Below are positions 11,932 through 21,745 of a stretch of 64,000 nucleotides of DNA, piece after piece (position 1 is the stretch's first letter; each line of letters starts with the position of its first letter). Source of the DNA: Paraphysomonas bandaiensis (taxonomy: Eukaryota > Protista > Chrysophyceae). The notes beneath the pieces are model-generated. The model had not been told where the DNA came from, made no database searches, and worked only from the letters and a program-made list of their open reading frames with translations. The stretch is from NCBI GenBank assembly GCA_965644295.1, contig CBFFRP010000218.1, positions 248,001 through 312,000 on the forward strand, in the 5' to 3' direction. The translations under genes and the position numbers were made by a program.

Positions 11932-12732
11932 TTAAGTTCGAATCCCGATGACTGTTTCTTGGGTATTTTGATGATGTGTTCTTGGAGTGATGCCCTTTCC
12001 CTCTTTTGTCGTCGTTTCGTTTGTTTGTGGACTTCTGCATCTGTTGTATGTGTTCCCACGAGTGCTTGCACTCTGCTGCGCAATGTGGTTGGATCCATTG
12101 CATCTGAAGCACTTAACTTCGCGCGAGGCTCTTGTGACTTTGCTGGGCTTGTTGAATTTCTTCTGTTTTCGCTGCCCGTTGTTGTGCTTCTGCTTCTTCG
12201 GTAGACGGGGGTTAAACGGCTGTTTGCCTGTTGAGCTGTAGTTTGCGCTGTCCCGTTTGGTTTCCGTATTTTGTGATAGTAGGGAGCCTACAGTGGAATG
12301 CTCGAATGCTCTCAATCTTCTTATCAGCGTTTTATAATCATCAATTGGGTTCATTTGGAGGTTGATTGCCAGGTCCTTATAGGTCTGGTTCTCATTTGAG
12401 ACCATCCCTTGTCGTATTCTTGAAATAAGGTCTTGTTCAGAGACTTTGTGGCCATGTGTAGCGAGCTTTAATCGCAATTTTTCGACTTCGTCCAGGAATT
12501 GATTGATTGTTTGAGCTTGCTTGATTTTGATTGATTGCAGTTGGCCAATGAGGTCGGTTATCGTATCATTTGAGGTCTTGTCTTTGAAATGCTTTTCGAT
12601 CTCTGACCATGCCCTTTTTCCATCTCCTTCAGGGACTGTTTCGATAATACCCTCTGCTTCCTCGTTTTGGCCAATCACCGCGCTGGATAGAAGTGACCAT
12701 AGGTAATTGTTGCCCTCCTCGAAATACTGCAT
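11932..12732 (-). CDS. N-terminally truncated copia Gag (266 aa) in unit 1
   Basis: 11912-12736 matches 8056-8880. ORF starts at Gag Met82. Confidence 0.6.
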   Translation of the reverse strand: MQYFEEGNNYLWSLLSSAVIGQNEEAEGIIETVPEGDGKRAWSEIEKHFKDKTSNDTITDLIGQLQSIKIKQAQTINQFLDEVEKLRLKLATHGHKVSEQDLISRIRQGMVSNENQTYKDLAINLQMNPIDDYKTLIRRLRAFEHSTVGSLLSQNTETKRDSANYSSTGKQPFNPRLPKKQKHNNGQRKQKKFNKPSKVTRASREVKCFRCNGSNHIAQQSASTRGNTYNRCRSPQTNETTTKEGKGITPRTHHQNTQETVIGIRT

Positions 12733-14416
12733 ATTTCAAATACTTATTATCATTCATTGCATCTTCAAGTGCCCCTATGCGTGTAATGCAGGATTGTCTG
12801 TTCTCTTCATACAAACTTCTGAAGTTTCGAATTTCTCTGGATATAAGAATAATACCGGGTACTCCCTCCGCACTCATGTTTGTGTCTCTACAGTATGCAT
12901 AGCATAGTATTACCTTGTCTTGTAGTGAGTTAAGTAAAGTACAATCTGTGAAAATTGGTTGTCGAAATATTGGATGCTCGGGGTCGTACAAATCTACTAA
13001 CGCACCTCGGTGGTGATGAAATACAATAAGTGCAAACAGAAATCTGATCACTCTTTGAAAGCATTGGGGATAATAATCATAGGAAGGCAATATTTTGTTC
13101 CAACCATATCTTTCCAACTCCATGAGTGTAGATTGGCCAAAATGAGGACATAAAACATCAAACTCATCAGCTGTTAAATTCAACTGCGAAGTCGTACGAC
13201 CTACGAAAGCATCGCCATCGGCTTCCGAAAACATATAACAGTCCTGAGTTCTGCCTACTCCTTGACCAGCCCTCAAGCAAACTTGAGTTCTACTAGGTCC
13301 ATCAAGTTTGGATACTGAAGTTGATTCGGCAAACTTCCGATTGCTATGAGTTCCTATATCTTCCCTTGCGCAACCAAGATCCAATGATTTATCGATTCCA
13401 TTTCTCACTGCATCGACGAGAAGACTGTAATATCTCTTATTTTGATCGTTTCCAGCAAATAAATATTTAGCATCTTCGACACTGGTTCGATGGATACAGA
13501 AAACATATACTGCCAGATCTAATAGAGGACAAATTTCTGGAGCAAAAGGGTTTGCATAAATACGCTTTATATCACTTGTCATAGTCCCTGCTTGATCAGT
13601 TTTGGTGGTTCCAAATTTTATAGTCATAGCGTCATTAGACCAGTCCATATTCGTAGTTATGACATCATCAACATTATCCGATCTACCTATAGTTGAAACG
13701 GATTTTGTAGTAAATAAAGAAGCAAATATTCCCTCGTGCCATGATTGGCCTTTTTTGGTGGGCTTCATTTTCTTGAAATAACGACATATAGCTTTATAGC
13801 CATGTAAATTGAATGCACTTTTCCCTTCTCTTGACTTCATTATGCCATTGCGCTTTTTACTTCCTACATCCCTTTTATAGGTTGCAATGGAAGCACACAA
13901 AGCCATATCCACATCCCCAGGCCATGGGTAGCCGACTTTTCCCATACTTGGACAGTCATATTGGTGCCACCACCGAAGTGCACTCTTGTAATTTTGATAA
14001 GCCTGTGCACTTACGGTTACTTTATCTTTTCCCGGATTCATATCGTATTGACTGTCGACTTCAACGTGATCACTGCTGGTTGCTTCAACTTCACCTTCCG
14101 TGATAATTTCGTCACGTCGTTTCCTTTTATTCCCTCGTTTGGGAAGGTCTTCATCAATAGAGATGGCCGCAAAGAGAAGCTTTGCCACAGCTACGTCAAT
14201 AGGAAGCTTCATTACATAAATGTCTTTAGCTTCTCCAGTGTGCTTGATAGCTTCACCATCCTCATTAGTCACCAGTGCTTCTTTTCGTATATCCTCGTCT
14301 TTGTTTAGTATGTTGGTGAGTACTTTACACTTCGAAAGATACTGTTTTTTCGTCTTTGTGACAACGTTTCTTTCAGCCTGCCCTTGAACAACAAGACTCA
14401 GTCTAGCTCGTTCCAT
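12629..14416 (-). CDS. Crypton-like tyrosine recombinase; native C-terminus replaced by out-of-frame gag sequence
   Basis: YKSALRWWH, REGKSAF, GRSDN (R), TKTDQAG (K), IYANPFAPEICP, IGTHSNRK (HxxR), VCLRAGQ, QDCY (Y), GDAFVGR. These resemble stramenopile Crypton / Ndc10-II motifs. Confidence 0.9.
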   Translation of the reverse strand: MERARLSLVVQGQAERNVVTKTKKQYLSKCKVLTNILNKDEDIRKEALVTNEDGEAIKHTGEAKDIYVMKLPIDVAVAKLLFAAISIDEDLPKRGNKRKRRDEIITEGEVEATSSDHVEVDSQYDMNPGKDKVTVSAQAYQNYKSALRWWHQYDCPSMGKVGYPWPGDVDMALCASIATYKRDVGSKKRNGIMKSREGKSAFNLHGYKAICRYFKKMKPTKKGQSWHEGIFASLFTTKSVSTIGRSDNVDDVITTNMDWSNDAMTIKFGTTKTDQAGTMTSDIKRIYANPFAPEICPLLDLAVYVFCIHRTSVEDAKYLFAGNDQNKRYYSLLVDAVRNGIDKSLDLGCAREDIGTHSNRKFAESTSVSKLDGPSRTQVCLRAGQGVGRTQDCYMFSEADGDAFVGRTTSQLNLTADEFDVLCPHFGQSTLMELERYGWNKILPSYDYYPQCFQRVIRFLFALIVFHHHRGALVDLYDPEHPIFRQPIFTDCTLLNSLQDKVILCYAYCRDTNMSAEGVPGIILISREIRNFRSLYEENRQSCITRIGALEDAMNDNKYLKYAVFRGGQQLPMVTSIQRGDWPKRGSRGYYRNSP

Positions 14417-14578
14417 TATATAACACAATTACAGTTAGTTGATGTACATTGAATGTCCAGTCATTATACTATGAGTGTTCTTGTTCTATCACTTCAACAG
14501 TTCCAGTAATATGATGGATTTCTATGCTTAAAAAGTGCACTTTTATACTTAAAATAAGGGTTTTTTAGAGTTTAAGTC

Positions 14579-14763
14579 TGTGTAAATTATTTTTCATACT
14601 TCTACTAATTTCGAAAAATTACACTCGTTTGTTATGAGATCCTGCGAGGGAGCTGAATCGAAACTATCCGAAGTATGAAAAATAATTTACACAACTCCAA
14701 AAAATTGAGGTTTTAATTTTCATACTTCTTCGGGTTTTTCTAAATGATCAAAAGTATGAAAAT
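14579..14763. promoter_or_regulatory. Terminal inverted-motif cluster, putative recombinase binding/crossover region (repeated in each unit)
   Basis: Perfect 24-bp inverted repeat (14579-14602 / 14670-14693) and 12-bp inverted repeat ATTTTCATACTT / AAGTATGAAAAT (14716-14727 / 14752-14763) bracketing the unit junction. Function is inferred. Confidence 0.65.
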
Positions 14764-15315
14764 CTGTGAAAATTGTATATAGGTACGTATTACGTTGTAT
14801 ACAGGTTAGATATATACACGATAGTATACATGGTATACTGCTGTATAGACAATCGTAAACCACGCCTGCACTCATGTATCATAGTCACATGTAACATACA
14901 CGCATCTTCATATGCTTATCATACAATAACTAGCACTGAGTTGCACGCCTCTGCTGTCTTATCTATAGAAGAAATGCGGCTTATTGAGATTGTATGCTGT
15001 GGGTAGATGAGACTGCACATATAGGTTACACTTGAGCTCTCTCTGCAACAGACCTGCCTATATGCGTATATGCGTATATGCCTACATGTCTGTATGACAT
15101 TATGATTATATATGACTATCAATGAAGAGGCGTCTCATTGTATGAATATGGTGGCATTCGTGGTGCTCTTCTTATGAAGTATAGGTGCAACAACAGACCG
15201 CTCAATAACAGACCGGCTGTCTGGTACCTTGTAAGGCACGACTCCAGGACATGAGCACATATCGCGCGTAAACCTCGTTGTCGGTACTGGTAGGAATCGT
15301 CATAGTCTTCCAGTC

Positions 15316-16116
15316 TTAAGTTCGAATCCCGATGACTGTTTCTTGGGTATTTTGATGATGTGTTCTTGGAGTGATGCCCTTTCCCTCTTTTGTCGTCGTT
15401 TCGTTTGTTTGTGGACTTCTGCATCTGTTGTATGTGTTCCCACGAGTGCTTGCACTCTGCTGCGCAATGTGGTTGGATCCATTGCATCTGAAGCACTTAA
15501 CTTCGCGCGAGGCTCTTGTGACTTTGCTGGGCTTGTTGAATTTCTTCTGTTTTCGCTGCCCGTTGTTGTGCTTCTGCTTCTTCGGTAGACGGGGGTTAAA
15601 CGGCTGTTTGCCTGTTGAGCTGTAGTTTGCGCTGTCCCGTTTGGTTTCCGTATTTTGTGATAGTAGGGAGCCTACAGTGGAATGCTCGAATGCTCTCAAT
15701 CTTCTTATCAGCGTTTTATAATCATCAATTGGGTTCATTTGGAGGTTGATTGCCAGGTCCTTATAGGTCTGGTTCTCATTTGAGACCATCCCTTGTCGTA
15801 TTCTTGAAATAAGGTCTTGTTCAGAGACTTTGTGGCCATGTGTAGCGAGCTTTAATCGCAATTTTTCGACTTCGTCCAGGAATTGATTGATTGTTTGAGC
15901 TTGCTTGATTTTGATTGATTGCAGTTGGCCAATGAGGTCGGTTATCGTATCATTTGAGGTCTTGTCTTTGAAATGCTTTTCGATCTCTGACCATGCCCTT
16001 TTTCCATCTCCTTCAGGGACTGTTTCGATAATACCCTCTGCTTCCTCGTTTTGGCCAATCACCGCGCTGGATAGAAGTGACCATAGGTAATTGTTGCCCT
16101 CCTCGAAATACTGCAT
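15316..16116 (-). CDS. Truncated copia Gag, unit 2
   Basis: Same translation as 11932-12732. Confidence 0.6.
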   Translation of the reverse strand: MQYFEEGNNYLWSLLSSAVIGQNEEAEGIIETVPEGDGKRAWSEIEKHFKDKTSNDTITDLIGQLQSIKIKQAQTINQFLDEVEKLRLKLATHGHKVSEQDLISRIRQGMVSNENQTYKDLAINLQMNPIDDYKTLIRRLRAFEHSTVGSLLSQNTETKRDSANYSSTGKQPFNPRLPKKQKHNNGQRKQKKFNKPSKVTRASREVKCFRCNGSNHIAQQSASTRGNTYNRCRSPQTNETTTKEGKGITPRTHHQNTQETVIGIRT

Positions 16117-17800
16117 ATTTCAAATACTTATTATCATTCATTGCATCTTCAAGTGCCCCTATGCGTGTAATGCAGGATTGTCTGTTCTCTTCATACAAAC
16201 TTCTGAAGTTTCGAATTTCTCTGGATATAAGAATAATACCGGGTACTCCCTCCGCACTCATGTTTGTGTCTCTACAGTATGCATAGCATAGTATTACCTT
16301 GTCTTGTAGTGAGTTAAGTAAAGTACAATCTGTGAAAATTGGTTGTCGAAATATTGGATGCTCGGGGTCGTACAAATCTACTAACGCACCTCGGTGGTGA
16401 TGAAATACAATAAGTGCAAACAGAAATCTGATCACTCTTTGAAAGCATTGGGGATAATAATCATAGGAAGGCAATATTTTGTTCCAACCATATCTTTCCA
16501 ACTCCATGAGTGTAGATTGGCCAAAATGAGGACATAAAACATCAAACTCATCAGCTGTTAAATTCAACTGCGAAGTCGTACGACCTACGAAAGCATCGCC
16601 ATCGGCTTCCGAAAACATATAACAGTCCTGAGTTCTGCCTACTCCTTGACCAGCCCTCAAGTAAACTTGAGTTCTACTAGGTCCATCAAGTTTGGATACT
16701 GAAGTTGATTCGGCAAACTTCCGATTGCTATGAGTTCCTATATCTTCCCTTGCGCAACCAAGATCCAATGATTTATCGATTCCATTTCTCACTGCATCGA
16801 CGAGAAGACTGTAATATCTCTTATTTTGATCGTTTCCAGCAAATAAATATTTAGCATCTTCGACACTGGTTCGATGGATACAGAAAACATATACTGCCAG
16901 ATCTAATAGAGGACAAATTTCTGGAGCAAAAGGGTTTGCATAAATACGCTTTATATCACTTGTCATAGTCCCTGCTTGATCAGTTTTGGTGGTTCCAAAT
17001 TTTATAGTCATAGCGTCATTAGACCAGTCCATATTCGTAGTTATGACATCATCAACATTATCCGATCTACCTATAGTTGAAACGGATTTTGTAGTAAATA
17101 AAGAAGCAAATATTCCCTCGTGCCATGATTGGCCTTTTTTGGTGGGCTTCATTTTCTTGAAATAACGACATATAGCTTTATAGCCATGTAAATTGAATGC
17201 ACTTTTCCCTTCTCTTGACTTCATTATGCCATTGCGCTTTTTACTTCCTACATCCCTTTTATAGGTTGCAATGGAAGCACACAAAGCCATATCCACATCC
17301 CCAGGCCATGGGTAGCCGACTTTTCCCATACTTGGACAGTCATATTGGTGCCACCACCGAAGTGCACTCTTGTAATTTTGATAAGCCTGTGCACTTACGG
17401 TTACTTTATCTTTTCCCGGATTCATATCGTATTGACTGTCGACTTCAACGTGATCACTGCTGGTTGCTTCAACTTCACCTTCCGTGATAATTTCGTCACG
17501 TCGTTTCCTTTTATTCCCTCGTTTGGGAAGGTCTTCATCAATAGAGATGGCCGCAAAGAGAAGCTTTGCCACAGCTACGTCAATAGGAAGCTTCATTACA
17601 TAAATGTCTTTAGCTTCTCCAGTGTGCTTGATAGCTTCACCATCCTCATTAGTCACCAGTGCTTCTTTTCGTATATCCTCGTCTTTGTTTAGTATGTTGG
17701 TGAGTACTTTACACTTCGAAAGATACTGTTTTTTCGTCTTTGTGACAACGTTTCTTTCAGCCTGCCCTTGAACAACAAGACTCAGTCTAGCTCGTTCCAT
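16013..17800 (-). CDS. Crypton-like tyrosine recombinase, unit 2 (VCLR to VYLR)
   Basis: Same as unit 1 except one C-to-Y substitution. Confidence 0.9.
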   Translation of the reverse strand: MERARLSLVVQGQAERNVVTKTKKQYLSKCKVLTNILNKDEDIRKEALVTNEDGEAIKHTGEAKDIYVMKLPIDVAVAKLLFAAISIDEDLPKRGNKRKRRDEIITEGEVEATSSDHVEVDSQYDMNPGKDKVTVSAQAYQNYKSALRWWHQYDCPSMGKVGYPWPGDVDMALCASIATYKRDVGSKKRNGIMKSREGKSAFNLHGYKAICRYFKKMKPTKKGQSWHEGIFASLFTTKSVSTIGRSDNVDDVITTNMDWSNDAMTIKFGTTKTDQAGTMTSDIKRIYANPFAPEICPLLDLAVYVFCIHRTSVEDAKYLFAGNDQNKRYYSLLVDAVRNGIDKSLDLGCAREDIGTHSNRKFAESTSVSKLDGPSRTQVYLRAGQGVGRTQDCYMFSEADGDAFVGRTTSQLNLTADEFDVLCPHFGQSTLMELERYGWNKILPSYDYYPQCFQRVIRFLFALIVFHHHRGALVDLYDPEHPIFRQPIFTDCTLLNSLQDKVILCYAYCRDTNMSAEGVPGIILISREIRNFRSLYEENRQSCITRIGALEDAMNDNKYLKYAVFRGGQQLPMVTSIQRGDWPKRGSRGYYRNSP

Positions 17801-18699
17801 TATATAACACAATTACAGTTAGTTGATGTACATTGAATGTCCAGTCATTATACTATGAGTGTTCTTGTTCTATCACTTCAACAGTTCCAGTAATATGATG
17901 GATTTCTATGCTTAAAAAGTGCACTTTTATACTTAAAATAAGGGTTTTTTAGAGTTTAAGTCTGTGTAAATTATTTTTCATACTTCTACTAATTTCGAAA
18001 AATTACACTCGTTTGTTATGAGATCCTGCGAGGGAGCTGAATCGAAACTATCCGAAGTATGAAAAATAATTTACACAACTCCAAAAAATTGAGGTTTTAA
18101 TTTTCATACTTCTTCGGGTTTTTCTAAATGATCAAAAGTATGAAAATCTGTGAAAATTGTATATAGGTACGTATTACGTTGTATACAGGTTAGATATATA
18201 CACGATAGTATACATGGTATACTGCTGTATAGACAATCGTAAACCACGCCTGCACTCATGTATCATAGTCACATGTAACATACACGCATCTTCATATGCT
18301 TATCATACAATAACTAGCACTGAGTTGCACGCCTCTGCTGTCTTATCTATAGAAGAAATGCGGCTTATTGAGATTGTATGCTGTGGGTAGATGAGACTGC
18401 ACATATAGGTTACACTTGAGCTCTCTCTGCAACAGACCTGCCTATATGCGTATATGCGTATATGCCTACATGTCTGTATGACATTATGATTATATATGAC
18501 TATCAATGAAGAGGCGCCTCATTGTATGAATATGGTGGCATTCGTGGTGCTCTTCTTATGAAGTATAGGTGCAACAACAGACCGCTCAATAACAGACCGG
18601 CTGTCTGGTACCTTGTAAGGCACGACTCCAGGACATGAGCACATATCGCGCGTAAACCTCGTTGTCGGTACTGGTAGGAATCGTCATAGTCTTCCAGTC

Positions 18700-19500
18700 T
18701 TAAGTTCGAATCCCGATGACTGTTTCTTGGGTATTTTGATGATGTGTTCTTGGAGTGATGCCCTTTCCCTCTTTTGTCGTCGTTTCGTTTGTTTGTGGAC
18801 TTCTGCATCTGTTGTATGTGTTCCCACGAGTGCTTGCACTCTGCTGCGCAATGTGGTTGGATCCATTGCATCTGAAGCACTTAACTTCGCGCGAGGCTCT
18901 TGTGACTTTGCTGGGCTTGTTGAATTTCTTCTGTTTTCGCTGCCCGTTGTTGTGCTTCTGCTTCTTCGGTAGACGGGGGTTAAACGGCTGTTTGCCTGTT
19001 GAGCTGTAGTTTGCGCTGTCCCGTTTGGTTTCCGTATTTTGTGATAGTAGGGAGCCTACAGTGGAATGCTCGAATGCTCTCAATCTTCTTATCAGCGTTT
19101 TATAATCATCAATTGGGTTCATTTGGAGGTTGATTGCCAGGTCCTTATAGGTCTGGTTCTCATTTGAGACCATCCCTTGTCGTATTCTTGAAATAAGGTC
19201 TTGTTCAGAGACTTTGTGGCCATGTGTAGCGAGCTTTAATCGCAATTTTTCGACTTCGTCCAGGAATTGATTGATTGTTTGAGCTTGCTTGATTTTGATT
19301 GATTGCAGTTGGCCAATGAGGTCGGTTATCGTATCATTTGAGGTCTTGTCTTTGAAATGCTTTTCGATCTCTGACCATGCCCTTTTTCCATCTCCTTCAG
19401 GGACTGTTTCGATAATACCCTCTGCTTCCTCGTTTTGGCCAATCACCGCGCTGGATAGAAGTGACCATAGGTAATTGTTGCCCTCCTCGAAATACTGCAT
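18700..19500 (-). CDS. Truncated copia Gag, unit 3
   Basis: Same translation as unit 1. Confidence 0.6.
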   Translation of the reverse strand: MQYFEEGNNYLWSLLSSAVIGQNEEAEGIIETVPEGDGKRAWSEIEKHFKDKTSNDTITDLIGQLQSIKIKQAQTINQFLDEVEKLRLKLATHGHKVSEQDLISRIRQGMVSNENQTYKDLAINLQMNPIDDYKTLIRRLRAFEHSTVGSLLSQNTETKRDSANYSSTGKQPFNPRLPKKQKHNNGQRKQKKFNKPSKVTRASREVKCFRCNGSNHIAQQSASTRGNTYNRCRSPQTNETTTKEGKGITPRTHHQNTQETVIGIRT

Positions 19501-21184
19501 ATTTCAAATACTTATTATCATTCATTGCATCTTCAAGTGCCCCTATGCGTGTAATGCAGGATTGTCTGTTCTCTTCATACAAACTTCTGAAGTTTCGAAT
19601 TTCTCTGGATATAAGAATAATACCGGGTACTCCCTCCGCACTCATGTTTGTGTCTCTACAGTATGCATAGCATAGTATTACCTTGTCTTGTAGTGAGTTA
19701 AGTAAAGTACAATCTGTGAAAATTGGTTGTCGAAATATTGGATGCTCGGGGTCGTACAAATCTACTAACGCACCTCGGTGGTGATGAAATACAATAAGTG
19801 CAAACAGAAATCTGATCACTCTTTGAAAGCATTGGGGATAATAATCATAGGAAGGCAATATTTTGTTCCAACCATATCTTTCCAACTCCATGAGTGTAGA
19901 TTGGCCAAAATGAGGACATAAAACATCAAACTCATCAGCTGTTAAATTCAACTGCGAAGTCGTACGACCTACGAAAGCATCGCCATCGGCTTCCGAAAAC
20001 ATATAACAGTCCTGAGTTCTGCCTACTCCTTGACCAGCCCTCAAGCAAACTTGAGTTCTACTAGGTCCATCAAGTTTGGATACTGAAGTTGATTCGGCAA
20101 ACTTCCGATTGCTATGAGTTCCTATATCTTCCCTTGCGCAACCAAGATCCAATGATTTATCGATTCCATTTCTCACTGCATCGACGAGAAGACTGTAATA
20201 TCTCTTATTTTGATCGTTTCCAGCAAATAAATATTTAGCATCTTCGACACTGGTTCGATGGATACAGAAAACATATACTGCCAGATCTAATAGAGGACAA
20301 ATTTCTGGAGCAAAAGGGTTTGCATAAATACGCTTTATATCACTTGTCATAGTCCCTGCTTGATCAGTTTTGGTGGTTCCAAATTTTATAGTCATAGCGT
20401 CATTAGACCAGTCCATATTCGTAGTTATGACATCATCAACATTATCCGATCTACCTATAGTTGAAACGGATTTTGTAGTAAATAAAGAAGCAAATATTCC
20501 CTCGTGCCATGATTGGCCTTTTTTGGTGGGCTTCATTTTCTTGAAATAACGACATATAGCTTTATAGCCATGTAAATTGAATGCACTTTTCCCTTCTCTT
20601 GACTTCATTATGCCATTGCGCTTTTTACTTCCTACATCCCTTTTATAGGTTGCAATGGAAGCACACAAAGCCATATCCACATCCCCAGGCCATGGGTAGC
20701 CGACTTTTCCCATACTTGGACAGTCATATTGGTGCCACCACCGAAGTGCACTCTTGTAATTTTGATAAGCCTGTGCACTTACGGTTACTTTATCTTTTCC
20801 CGGATTCATATCGTATTGACTGTCGACTTCAACGTGATCACTGCTGGTTGCTTCAACTTCACCTTCCGTGATAATTTCGTCACGTCGTTTCCTTTTATTC
20901 CCTCGTTTGGGAAGGTCTTCATCAATAGAGATGGCCGCAAAGAGAAGCTTTGCCACAGCTACGTCAATAGGAAGCTTCATTACATAAATGTCTTTAGCTT
21001 CTCCAGTGTGCTTGATAGCTTCACCATCCTCATTAGTCACCAGTGCTTCTTTTCGTATATCCTCGTCTTTGTTTAGTATGTTGGTGAGTACTTTACACTT
21101 CGAAAGATACTGTTTTTTCGTCTTTGTGACAACGTTTCTTTCAGCCTGCCCTTGAACAACAAGACTCAGTCTAGCTCGTTCCAT
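19397..21184 (-). CDS. Crypton-like tyrosine recombinase, unit 3
   Basis: Same translation as unit 1. Confidence 0.9.
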   Translation of the reverse strand: MERARLSLVVQGQAERNVVTKTKKQYLSKCKVLTNILNKDEDIRKEALVTNEDGEAIKHTGEAKDIYVMKLPIDVAVAKLLFAAISIDEDLPKRGNKRKRRDEIITEGEVEATSSDHVEVDSQYDMNPGKDKVTVSAQAYQNYKSALRWWHQYDCPSMGKVGYPWPGDVDMALCASIATYKRDVGSKKRNGIMKSREGKSAFNLHGYKAICRYFKKMKPTKKGQSWHEGIFASLFTTKSVSTIGRSDNVDDVITTNMDWSNDAMTIKFGTTKTDQAGTMTSDIKRIYANPFAPEICPLLDLAVYVFCIHRTSVEDAKYLFAGNDQNKRYYSLLVDAVRNGIDKSLDLGCAREDIGTHSNRKFAESTSVSKLDGPSRTQVCLRAGQGVGRTQDCYMFSEADGDAFVGRTTSQLNLTADEFDVLCPHFGQSTLMELERYGWNKILPSYDYYPQCFQRVIRFLFALIVFHHHRGALVDLYDPEHPIFRQPIFTDCTLLNSLQDKVILCYAYCRDTNMSAEGVPGIILISREIRNFRSLYEENRQSCITRIGALEDAMNDNKYLKYAVFRGGQQLPMVTSIQRGDWPKRGSRGYYRNSP

Positions 21185-21549
21185 TATATAACACAATTAC
21201 AGTTAGTTGATGTACATTGAATGTCCAGTCATTATACTATGAGTGTTCTTGTTCTATCACTTCAACAGTTCCAGTAATATGATGGATTTCTATGCTTAAA
21301 AAGTGCACTTTTATACTTAAAATAAGGGTTTTTTAGAGTTTAAGTCTGTGTAAATTATTTTTCATACTTCTACTAATTTCGAAAAATTACACTCGTTTGT
21401 TATGAGATCCTGCGAGGGAGCTGAATCGAAACTATCCGAAGTATGAAAAATAATTTACACAACTCCAAAAAATTGAGGTTTTAATTTTCATACTTCTTCG
21501 GGTTTTCAGAAATTCAGTTTTCCTGGTATTGGCAGTTGGAGAATTGCTA

Positions 21550-21705
21550 ATGTATGTAGGTATGTAGGTAGGTAGGTAGGTACAGTAGGTATGTTTTTTT
21601 AGCACGGTTTTGCAGTAGGATATTTGTGGAAAAGTTGATTCCACAATCTTGGCATACATACATACGCCTACCTACCTACCTACCTACATACATACATACA
21701 TACAT
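21550..21705. repeat. Opposed (TAGG/TATG)n and (CCTA/CATA)n microsatellites forming an imperfect foldback
   Basis: tgtatgtaggtatgtaggtaggtaggtagg ... cctacctacctacctacctacatacatacatacataca. Confidence 0.8.
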
Positions 21706-21745
21706 AAATAACGAAAGGAGTGCAGTAAGTTAAAATCAAAGTATC

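Larger units (their letters stand above)
11351..14734 (-). mobile_element. Crypton-type tyrosine-recombinase element with captured copia gag, unit 1 of 3
   Basis: 3384-bp unit repeated head to tail; YR ORF; AAGTATGAAAA motifs at both ends; TTTT shared at all junctions. Confidence 0.88.
14735..18118 (-). mobile_element. Crypton-gag unit 2
   Basis: Offset exactly 3384 bp from unit 1; private SNP at 16662. Confidence 0.88.
18119..21502 (-). mobile_element. Crypton-gag unit 3
   Basis: Offset 6768 bp from unit 1; private SNP at 18517; ends ...CTTCGGG|TTTTCAGAAA. Confidence 0.88.

Noticed and set aside
11735-12112. 125-aa ORF in each unit
   Set aside because: It is the pol-frame stub of the captured fragment running into Crypton 3' sequence; no evidence of function.
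11351-21502. DIRS/Ngaro YR retrotransposon (gag plus YR together)
   Set aside because: There is no RT or RNase H in the unit, the gag is copied from the adjacent copia, and the YR motifs are Crypton-type.
11351-21502. Pure assembly artefact
   Set aside because: Disfavoured, not excluded: units carry private SNPs and the boundaries coincide with inverted motifs. Reads are needed to settle it.
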